A stretch of 64,000 nt of DNA from Gracilinanus agilis (Eukaryota): positions 87,133,860 through 87,197,859 of the forward strand of contig NC_058132.1 in assembly GCF_016433145.1 (NCBI RefSeq). The letters run 5' to 3'. Both the position numbers and the translations under genes were made by a program. The stretch's first letter is position 1. Each line of letters starts with the position of its first letter. The notes beneath the pieces are model-generated. The model was not told the origin of the DNA. It did no database searches and saw only the letters and a program-made list of their open reading frames with translations. Of this stretch, positions 23,754 to 33,855 are shown piece by piece.

Positions 23754-26700
23754 TAAAAACCAGACCATTCACCGGTGTAGGCCAAAGTAGAATGTCTACA
23801 CCTGAACTCTGCAGGGCCCGGAAGTAGGTCCCAGCCCTTAGGAAGGTCTTCCTCCCGGGTGAAACATGGGAATGGAATAGGCCTGGGAGAAAAAGATCAG
23901 AATAAATTAGAGCAGAAGTTTGCTGAGGAACCAACCCGTAGTATTGATTCTAAGAGTTGTTTAGAAAATGAAAAAAAAAAGTTTAAATGAAATTTATTTT
24001 ATATAAAATTTAAATTAGAAAACGTTTTCTATCTTTTTTTCTTCTATTTACTTAGAATGGATACTCCATATTGGTTCCAAGGCAAAAGAGAAGTAAGGGC
24101 TAGACAACTGGGGTTGAGTGACTTGCCCAGGGTCACTCTGCCTCTAGATCTGGCGCTCTACCCAGGTCTGTGCCTAAAATGTCTTTTGTGTGTTGTCTTC
24201 CTCAAATCACAGGTTTCTGACTATTGGCTTTCCTGTTTGTATCCCAGTACTTGGACGAAGGCTAGTTAGTACTTTGAAAGTACTGTACTTAGGAACACTT
24301 TTTCATTCATTCCTACAAGTGAACTGATTAGTAGAGACAGAAAAGACTAGAATCAAGGCTTTCTCAAGGATTTTCACTGAGAAAAATGAATAGGATGACC
24401 TTCCAGCAGAGTTGGTAAAAGCCGAGGAGTTTTTTTTTTGTTTTTGTTATTAAATAAGGAAATTATGTTGTATTGTTAAGCTCCAGGGAAGGAGCTGGTG
24501 GCAGATGTTGAAGATAGGGACAATGTTGGAAGCAATCAGCCTGTAAAGGCCGGAGAGGAGGGAGTGGAGGATGTCTAAAGGTGGCCCCCAGGATGAGCCC
24601 CCGACCGGGTCCTGACTTCTGATACCACTTTAGGACTGGAAACTCCTCCAGGCCAGGCACAGACCCAGGCCAGAGATAAGAGACTGAAGAGGAGACAAAT
24701 TCACACCTTGATAAGAAAAAAGCTTGGACTTGGCTACTCTTAAAAAGGGGAAGATTCATACTTTGGGGAGGAGGGAAGTGAAACAGCTACAGAGGAAGAA
24801 ACGAGAGGAAGGAAGGTAGAAGTCACAAATTTGTCTATTTTTGAATGGGTCCCCCATTAGCGTGGGAGGGGCCCCCAACCAGCCTCTGTGGAAGGTAAAA
24901 GACTTTAGGGAAGTCTGAGCATATCTTCCCTGAGGATGTGGATTTGGGAATCCCTGACTCCTGAAAACTAGAGTGGGCCTTAGAGAAAGAAATGAGAAAA
25001 ATTAGAAAAGTGGAAGCAGAGAAGGTGGGGTCAGAGCTAATCCCAGAAGACTTTGAGGCCCAGGAAGGCCACCCAGCATCTGGAGGGGGTGTGGAGGAAC
25101 CGACAAGGTTGGCATAGAGTGGCTACTCCAGGCCCCAGCCCTTGGCCACACCAGGTAGTGGTGTGGACTGGTCCTTCTAGGCCATCTGCATCCCCCATCT
25201 GAGAACATCTTAGAGCCCATTTTAGAGTATGACTTGGGAACTTGTCTGGTCGATGATGACCACATTCTAAAAAAAAAAAAAAAAAGCTGTAAATACATAA
25301 ATGTGAGCTTCTGCTATCATCATGTTAACATATTTCAAATACTAATTTTTTTTTTAATTTTCATAGCTCTTTTGTCTTGTAGCAGGGCTAGGCTGGTGGG
25401 GTTAAGTGACCTGTGATTTAGCACAGAGTCACACAGGAAATATTCTGAGATATCTACTGAGCTGACAGCATTCCTGATAACTTTTGTGGCAGCAACAAGC
25501 TTCTGTGATAAAATATTGACCAAGCTGATCAAATAAAATGACTGGCCAGTTGGCAAAATGTGATTCTGTGGTGCATGTTTATATATTTTGGACTTTTTTT
25601 CCTACTTTAGAACTACAGATGTTTGTGTGTGTCTTTTTTGTTTTGTTGGTTTTGGGGGGGAAGAGATTGCTGTTGCAGGGTGGGAAGTCTTGTCAAAAAA
25701 TTTCCTAGCATATAAGGCACTATACTGATAAGGAACCCTTTTTAAAAAAATATTTACCCTCTCTCTTAGAATTAATACTGTGTATTGATTCAAGGCAGGG
25801 ATAGGTAATGAGGGTTGTTAAGTGACTTGCCCTGGGTTGCTCAGGCAGGGAGTCCATATTTGAACCTAAGACCTCCTGTCTTTGGGCCTACCCCCCTATC
25901 CATTCATTGATCCACTTAGCTATCCCCAGGAACCCTCTTGATTATTATTAAATAAAAGACTATCTTTTACTACCTCCCTTCCTACAATCACTTTAAAGTT
26001 ACAAAAGAAAAAACTCAAAGAGCTTTGAATGGTTCCCAGGAAGTTTCTTTATTTGATATAATAAGACAAGTAGTAGTAGTAGTAAGAACTTAAATACTAA
26101 TTACCAAACTGAATAAGAAGATTGGTTCTCTGTAAATGGCTTATGCCAAAGACTTTAACAGTTTTAAGCACCCTTTTTCTTTTGCTAAAAAAATACATCT
26201 TTTCTTAATTAACTAAAATTTCTCTATAAACTTGCCTTAATAATCTTACCCAAATTCTGGGATAGGTGGTACTAGAGGAGAGACTGTATATAGACAATTG
26301 TGGAACTGTGAGACATTCATATCCATTAATCTTTTTTTTTTTTTTTAAACCCATACCTTCAGTCTTGGAGTCAATACTTCCGTGTTGCCTCCGAGGCAGA
26401 AGAGTGGTAAGGGTAAGCAATGGGGGTCAAGTGACTTGCCCAGGGTCACACAGCTGGGAAGTGTCTGAGGCCAAATTTGAATCTAGGACCTCAGGTCTCT
26501 AGGCCTGACTCTCAATCCACTGAGCTACTCAGCTGCCCCCTATATCCATTATTCTTGAGCAGATGAATAAATTACAATTTACTTGTCTGCTTGTATTCTG
26601 TACTGGCTTTTTCTTTTTTTAACCCTTTTCATCTTAGAATCAATACTATGTTGGTTCTAAAGCAGAAGAGCAGTAAGGGCTAGGCAAAGGGGTTTAAGTG

Positions 26701-26899
26701 ACTTGCCCAGGGTCACACAGCTAGGAAATATCTGAGGCCAAATTTGAACCGAGGACCTGGCTTTCAATCCACTTCGCCATCCCTTCCTGCTGTCTTAATC
26801 TTGCAATGGCTAACAAAGACCCTGAAAATCCTTGCAACAACACATCTTCCTCCTACCTTTCAGGCCTCATAAGAACATTCTGTGTTGTTAGCATGCCTA

Positions 26900-27090
26900 G
26901 GGCCAGAGCTTATAATTAAGTAAAGGAGAACAGGGGCTCCTGTCTGTATGGACCAGGGCTCATAATTAAGGAGTAAAAAGGTTCCTATCCGTGTGGACCA
27001 GGGCTCATAATTAAGGAGAAAAAGGGGTCCTATCTGTGTGGACCAGGGCTCATACTTAAGGAGAAAAAGGGGTCGTATCCTTATGGATCC
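26900..27090 (+). repeat. 45-bp minisatellite, about 4 copies, three with TAATTA
   Basis: Units start at 26900 (50 nt, diverged), 26950, 26995 and 27040; consensus GGACCAGGGCTCATAATTAAGGAGAAAAAGGGGTCCTATCYGTGT. Confidence 0.9.
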
Positions 27091-27442
27091 TGAGTTAATG
27101 GTAGAAAGGAAATGTGGTGGTGGATGGAGACAGGAGATTGCACCTTCCTCTTCCCAGGCATGCCATGACAAAAGACCCTTGGCTAGAAGTAAGGAGGTGG
27201 AGTCCTCAGGGCTCTGCACTCTTTTTGTGAATCCATCACCTTTGATCTCTAAATAGATAGCAAGTTTGTGGTCTACATTTTCTGACCTACCTAGCAAATA
27301 CTTTGGAACAGCTGTTCAGACAGGGAGAGATGTGCCCAGGCCTTCTGGAGAGGGAAAGATGCGGATGACTCTCCTCCCAAGTGGGATACAGCAATGACTC
27401 ATTCTCGGGATGTTTCTCTCCTGGCTTCTCTTTTCCAGGAAC

Positions 27443-27856
27443 ATGGATGCTGTCACCCTGGTCCGGAGTCTCCAGCAGGAGACCACCTGCAGCATCTGTC
27501 TGACGTTCTTCACGAAGCCCGTCACCCTCAACTGTGGCCACAGCTTTTGCCAGTTTTGTCTGACCAAGGACAGGGACGCGGAGGCCAAGCAAGTGTCTTG
27601 CCCCGAATGCAGGGAAGTGTCCCAGAACTTCCCCGGCCTCAATGTGCCCCTGTCAAAGCTGGCTGCTGTCTGCAAGAGCCTCAACTCGGAGAACCTGGAG
27701 AACCCCGTGGGACAAGCCCGCTGTCAAAAGCACCAGCAGGTCCCCAAGCTCTTCTGTGAGGAGGACCAGACCTCCATCTGCGTGGCTTGTACCGAAGCTC
27801 AGGAGCACGGCACTCACACCCTTTCCCCCATCGAGGAGGCGGCTCAGAACTGCAGG
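27443..27856 (+). CDS. TRIM gene A coding exon 1: RING (C3HC4) and B-box 2
   Basis: Acceptor ctcttttccag|GAACATG, donor AGG|GTGAGT; 414 nt. RING ligands C16/C19/C31/H33/C36/C39/C53/C56; B-box ligands C94/H97/C105/D108/C113/C116/H122/H125. Confidence 0.95.
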
Positions 27857-28471
27857 GTGAGTAACGGGGGCAGCCTGGATGCCTTCCAACTCCTGGAAAG
27901 GAGCTCAAGGCCTCTCGGCCAGGGTCACACAGCTATGAAGTGAGCCCTTTGCCTCCTTCTTCAAAGGGATATTGAATGAGATTTACCCAAATGTCGTGAA
28001 GAGAAGGTAGTGGCTAAAAATCTTAAAAAGAGACTAGGCTCACATTTAAAGGAAACCGAGGATTCTATTTGGGGGAGCAAGTAGCCCCCTTCTATTTCTC
28101 TCCTTTGGTGTTAAACTTGTGAACTTCACAATTGAATCTGTGTCTTCCAAAATACTGGAAATGCCCCTTTAATAATAACCCCACACCAAATAATTATAGA
28201 CCCACAGGCCATTTTCTTTTGTGAATCTCATGCGATCTAAGATATCCCTTAATATCTCTCACTCCTTGGGGGTAGCTCAGTGGATTGAGAGCCAGGCCTA
28301 GAGACGGGAGGTCCTAGGTTCAAATCCGGCCTCAGACACTTCCCAGCTGTGTGACCCTGGGCAAGTCACTTGACCCCCATTGCCCACCCTTACCACTCTT
28401 CCACAGAGCTAATACACAGATGTTAAGGTTTAAAGAAAAAAAATATATCTCTCACCCCTTTTCCCTTGCAG

Positions 28472-28549
28472 GAGAAACTCCAGGACTCTGTTCCTCATTT
28501 GAGAAAGAAGATGAAGGAATTGAAGGAGCTTACTGCTTCAAAGAAAAAT
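28472..28549 (+). CDS. TRIM gene A coding exon 2: coiled-coil start (EKLQDSVPHLRKKMKELKELTASKKN)
   Basis: cccttgcag| acceptor, AAT|GTAAGT donor; 78 nt, phase 0-0; homologous exon at 55762-55839. Confidence 0.85.
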
Positions 28550-29126
28550 GTAAGTATCTGACTCTTTTTTCCCTCTAGTTGTTAGTCTGCCAAGAACCCA
28601 CAATTGGTCAAGTCAAACATGGAGGGTGCCTGTTTCCAGAAGAAATCACCAGGCTCTATAGATTATATATATATATTTGTTTCTTTCTGCATAGACTACA
28701 TAAGCAAAATAAAATTTTAAAGTAATTCAAAATTAAATGAAAATTTAAATATTTCTGTGTATGTTATATAAATACACACATACATATCTGAAGGAAGAGG
28801 GAGAAAATTACTACCTTGGAAGAATAGGTTCATTGGGGCTAATTTACTAAGAAAATGGGGGAGGTAGGAGGGAAATTGAAAAGCGTATGAGTGAGCATAG
28901 TGCTGTGGCACAGAGAAAGCCACAGGCCTTTAATTTAGATATGGAGGTTAAAAGAAATGCCCAAAGTCTTGGATTCTGTAAAAATGGTTGTTTATATGTG
29001 TGAGCCATACTGAGAAGGCACCGAGGGCAGTCAGTCACCTGTTGGTGGCAGTAAAGAAAATTAAACAGAAATTTGATCAGGATAACAACTTCTGAATGTC
29101 ATTGAATAAGTCCCCTTTCCCTACAG

Positions 29127-29354
29127 AGAATAATTCAGTGGAGAAAGTTGGTTAGAGGAGAATATTCAAGAATGCACCTGTACCTGTATGAGGAGGAGAG
29201 AAGATGCTTGGACAGAGTAAAACATGATGAATGGAGGTCTTTCCAGCTAAAGGAAAAGTACTATAATGTAATAAATCAACATGTAAAAAACCTAGAAGAT
29301 ACTCTCCGAGAGATAGACGAAACAAGGCACAGACCTGATTTAGACCTGCTGGAG
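29127..29354 (+). CDS. TRIM gene A coding exon 3: coiled coil (RIIQWRKLVRGEYSRMHLYLYEEE...RHRPDLDLLE)
   Basis: ccctacag| acceptor, GAG|GTGAGA donor; 228 nt, open frame. Confidence 0.9.
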
Positions 29355-30464
29355 GTGAGAATTCTGTTTAAAGCTCTCCAGATGGATACAATGAGCAGGT
29401 GTTGGGGTCATTTCCATTTGGACCGTTAGACCTTGGAGGCTTCCAGTCTCATGTCTCAAGGAGGGTTACATGCTGCTTTTTCTACTAGAGAGGTCCTTTC
29501 ATGTGAAGATGTTGTTCTAACCAAAGTCCAAATTTATTTCAAGTCTATTTATTTGTTTATTTTATTTGACCCAAATATGCCAGGATTCACTGGTGTCTGA
29601 GCAATTGAAAAGTGGCAGAACAGCCTCTGGGGTAGCTAGATGGTGTTGTAGGTAAAATGCTGGACTTGGGATCAGGATTGAGTAAAAATTTCACCTCAGA
29701 TTTTTTTTTTTTAATGTTAAAATACTCACCTTCTGCCTTAGAACCAGTATTGTATACAAGGCCTAGAAGAGTGATAATGAGGGCTAAGTGACTTGCTCCC
29801 AGGATCACACAACTAGGAAGTGTGTCTGAGGCTAGATTTTTTTTTTTATACCCTTACCTTCTGGGGTCAGCTGGATAGCTCAGTGGATTGAGAGTCAGGC
29901 CTAGAGATGGGAGGACCTGGGTCCAAATCTGCCCTCAGACACTTCCTTGCTGTGTGACCCTGGGCAAGTCACTTGACCCCCATTGCCTACCCTTACCACT
30001 CTTCTGCCTTGGAGCCAATACATAGTATTAACTCCGAGACAGAAGGTAAGGGTTTTATTTATTTGTTTGTTTGTTTTTTTGAGGCCTTAACTTCTGTGTA
30101 TTGGCTCCTAGGTGGAAGAGTGGTAAGGGTGGGCAGTGAGGGTCAAGTGACTTGCCCAGGGTCACACAGCTGGGAAGTGTCTGAGGCCAGATTTGAACCC
30201 AGGACCTTCCATCTCAGGAGCCCCTAGCTGCCCTTGGGCCTCAGATTCTTACTATCTGTGTGATCTTAGACCTTGTCTCAGTTTCCTCAACTGTAAAATA
30301 GGGATAACATGAGCACCTCTCCAGGGTTGTTGTATCAAATGTAAGAATAATTGTAAACACTTAGTAAAGTGTCTACATATAGCATAAAAGTGTTAGATAT
30401 CATCGTTGTTTTTGTGGTTGATATTATTTCTTGATGAACTAACCCAAACTTGTTTTCCCCACAG

Positions 30465-30487
30465 GAAGGCAAAGAGCTTTTGCAAAC
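30465..30487 (+). CDS. TRIM gene A coding exon 4: canonical 23-nt micro-exon (EGKELLQT)
   Basis: ttttccccacag|GAAGGCAAAGAGCTTTTGCAAAC|gtaagt; same size and phase as the 23-nt exon of C-IV TRIM genes; paralog at 57143-57165. Confidence 0.85.
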
Positions 30488-30612
30488 GTAAGTTTCCAGT
30501 TGCAGTCTAGCCGCTTGTCTAGTTGGGGAACCGTCTCGGGGTCTGGTGTCTCGGCGGTGGGGCCAGGCTTGTCCAGAGCAGGGGGGTGTAACCAGGCCTT
30601 TCTTCCGTGCAG

Positions 30613-30710
30613 GAGTGAGTTGCAGCTTTCCGAAAGGCCCAAGTCTTTCACTCCAGAGTTAAGAGACTATCCTATCACTGGGGTGAAGGCCATGTTACAG
30701 AAATTAAAAG
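30613..30710 (+). CDS. TRIM gene A coding exon 5: linker 2 (SELQLSERPKSFTPELRDYPITGVKAMLQKLK)
   Basis: cttccgtgcag| acceptor, AAAG|GTAAGA donor; 98 nt, phase 2 to 1. Confidence 0.9.
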
Positions 30711-31341
30711 GTAAGACCCTGCCCTTTCCCAGCGACTCCATGCGTGGGATTTTCCACGTGGCCACATGCACAGAAGTCTCCCCCTCAGCCTCCTTCCCAG
30801 GAGTTTTAACTAGTTCCTAGCGATTGGTTTGTAGTCAAAGGCCATCAGCATTGTGGGTTGGGCATCTCCTCTTCCCCTAGTTGGTGGGGTGAGGCGAGGT
30901 GAGAGGGAACACTTTGGGCCACCCACTAATCCAAACAACCACACTGTCCCAGAGTCCCAAGTCATACATATTCCAGGGCCAACAATTCCTAGGAATGGAT
31001 CTGTGTTCCACCCTGGACTTCATTCTTTTTTTCTTAAACCTTACTTTGTCTCTCCTTCTCTCAGGTTTTTTTTAAAAATTGTAATAAATTTTTATTTTTC
31101 CAGATCACGTCAATACAATTTTTCAATATTTGTTTTCTGATATTTTGTAAGCCCGTGTTCTTTCTCGCCCTTCTACCCCTCCCCAAAAAGGCAGGTAATA
31201 TGATATAGGTAGTATATGTGTTATTAACTAATACACATTTTCATATTCTTCATGTTGTGAAAGACATTGCTTTCACAAGAGAAAAATTCATGAAGGAAAT
31301 AAAGTAAAGAATAGCATATTTCAATTTGCATTCAGACTCCA

Positions 31342-31383
<42 letters not shown>

Positions 31384-33010
31384 AAAAACAAGAATTGTAT
31401 TTCAGTCGATATGAATTTTTTATACTCTTACATCTGTTGAAGTCTGTACAAAGCAAAGCATTCCTGCTTTTTAAAATTTCCAAGGGGGCAGCTGGGTAGC
31501 TCAGTGGATTGAGAGCCAGGCCTAGAGTTCAAATCTGGCCTCAGACACTTCCCAGCTGTGTGACCCTGGGCAAGTCACTTGACCCCCATTGCCTAGCCCT
31601 TGTCACTCTTCTGTGGTATTGACTCCAAGACAGAAGGTTAAAAAAAAATTGCATTATGACAAACATAAAAAGAAACAACATTGTTACTAAAAGTCACCAA
31701 TTTACTTTCATGATAAAACAGTGTCATGATTTTAAAAACCAAAATTTCAAATCCAGGAGACCCCTCCCTCCCTTTGGAAATATAAGGAAAGTTAGAAAAT
31801 GTGTGAATTTGTTCCTTCTGTGGCAGTGGGTATGTCTCCTGGAGTTGGACCTTCTTTCTTAATAACAACTCTAAGGGCAAGGGCTAGGCAAATGGGATTA
31901 AGTGACTTTCCCAGGGTCACACAGCTTGGAAATGTTTGGGGCAAATTTGAACCCAGGTGTTCCTGACTGCAGCCTCTATATATTGAGCTACCTAGCTGCC
32001 CTCTTTTTTTTTTTTTTTTTAAACCTTTACTTTCCATCTTAGAATTGATACTGAGTATTGGTTTCAAGGCAAGAAGAATGGTAAGGGATAGGCAATTAAG
32101 GTTAAGTAACTTGCCCAGCAAGGTCACACAGTTAGGAAGTGTCTGGGATCAAATTTGAACCCAGGATCTCCCATCTCTAGGCTTTGCTCTCTATCCACTG
32201 AACCAACTAGCTGTTTCTCTACATTCATTCTTGATTTTCTGTTGCTAATTATAGGTTGTTGCCCCACTCTTAGGGATAATGCAGTTCTTTATCCACATTT
32301 TAATGGCTATCCTAGTTAGCCTGACCAGTGGAGTCTGGAATTCTATGAGAATCATCATGATTCTGACATTTTAAAAAACTGACTTGCCTAGATGAACCCA
32401 GAAACTAGTGACTGTCAGGCTACCTTAAAAGTGGAAAGAAGAGTACTAGAAGAATAAACTGAGAAAGTTACCTCTAGAAAATGAATAGAAAGATAAAACA
32501 TGAAGCATGTTGGCCTCCAGGATGATATCCTATGTGATGTGGGAAGAGGTTGGGACACTCACTAGTGGACAGGATTTATTCATTAGATATGAAGAAAAGT
32601 AAGTTAAATATGTAGGAGATCTGTGATTTCATATTTAGAATTTTTCTTTTATATATTGACATTCTTGTTTTTGTTTGGATTTATAAACATTTGAAATAAT
32701 TTTAAAAATTTAAATAGAAAAAAAGGTAGAAAATGGAAAAATCAAGAAATGTTCATTCAATTAACCTGCTCCAGAATCGGTTTCTACACCAGACCACTAG
32801 TGATTATATCAGTGCTTGGTGGAAGGGAATTTTTGTTTCGAAAAAGACTTAGAGATGATAGACATCCCTTTGGGAAAGGGATTACTCAATCCTCTAAGGA
32901 GCCAAGGATTTGGTGCAGACTGGGCTGTGCTCTTGCCAAGTCCTAGCAACCGAAGAAAGGCTTGCACGCCTCTCAGGACAATTAACTTTTCCCCTCTCTC
33001 GTCTCTGCAG

Positions 33011-33558
33011 TGAATGTCACGATCGATCCCACAACAGCCAGTCCCAATTTCGTCGTTTCTGATGATTTGAAGAGTGTGAGATACGGAGACGACCCTCCAG
33101 ATCAGTCCAAAAGTGCTGAAAAGGCTCCTTATAATTTTGTCCTTGGCCAGCAGGGGTTCAGCACCGGCATACACTACTGGGAGGTGGATGTGAGTGAGCA
33201 ACCTCAGTGGGCGCTGGGGATCTCGGTCAAGTGTTTCAGGAAGAGGAAGTCGATCCAGTACACGGTTGGGTATCTGTACATGCTTCGCTGTGAGAAGAGG
33301 GGAAATGAGTTCTACCTGGTCGCCCGACCAGGGTTAGTTTGCCAGAAAATGAAAGGCCCTGTGCCTGTCATTGGTGTGTATCTGAATTGTAACGACAGAA
33401 TTCTCCTGTTCTATAATGCTTTCAAAGCCTGCCTCATCTATGGAATGCACACGGTGCCATTCAAAGAGCCCGTCAGGCCTCTCTTCTCCCCTTGTCCCCC
33501 GATGCCAGCTACAAAAGTTGGTTCCATGACCATCTGTCCAATGGAAAATAGTATTTGA
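33011..33558 (+). CDS. TRIM gene A last coding exon: PRY-SPRY (B30.2); assembled CDS 1389 nt, 462 aa
   Basis: tctctgcag|TG AAT GTC; motifs xDPxTA, VLGxQxFSTGxHYWEVDV, IGVYLNC, PVRPLF; TGA at 33556-33558. All six exons join in frame. Confidence 0.95.
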
Positions 33559-33832
33559 GACCGGCTGTCTGACTTGGGGAGTATTCTTTTGTGAAGGAAC
33601 TCCAGGCAAATCCATGCTCGCTATTTATGGTCACTGTTAACTATTGAAAAAAGAAAAATTGTGTCACTGGTAGAGACACAGACATAACAGTTCAGCCTCT
33701 GCCAAAAATCAACTCCTAAGGAGAAGCCAAGGAGTGAATTTGCTGACAAGTTTGACTGCTTGCAGCAATGCCAGTTTAAAGGGATCATTCCCAAGTGCCT
33801 TATTTTTCCATCACTCCCAAAGTATAGTGTGC

Positions 33833-33855
33833 TGATTTATTGTCACAATAAATCA
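33833..33855. terminator. Poly(A) signal of TRIM gene A inside a palindrome
   Basis: TGATTTATTG-TCA-CAATAAATCA; AATAAA at 33847-33852, about 290 nt after the stop. Confidence 0.7.

Noticed and set aside
22753-23934. Several 70-185 aa ORFs over the promoter (and their twins at 48051-49120)
   Set aside because: Pro/Gly/Arg-rich products typical of GC-rich DNA with few stops; their identity between copies follows from the duplicated tract.
26900-27090. CRISPR-like array
   Set aside because: Head-to-tail repeats with no unique spacers in a mammalian intron; this is a minisatellite.
30711-33010. TRIM5 orthology, a 27-nt exon, or a TRIMCyp-type cyclophilin insertion
   Set aside because: No in-frame 27-nt exon is evident in either paralog (the candidate after cccag at about 30800 hits TAG); exon 5 joins SPRY in frame; no cyclophilin-like sequence is seen.
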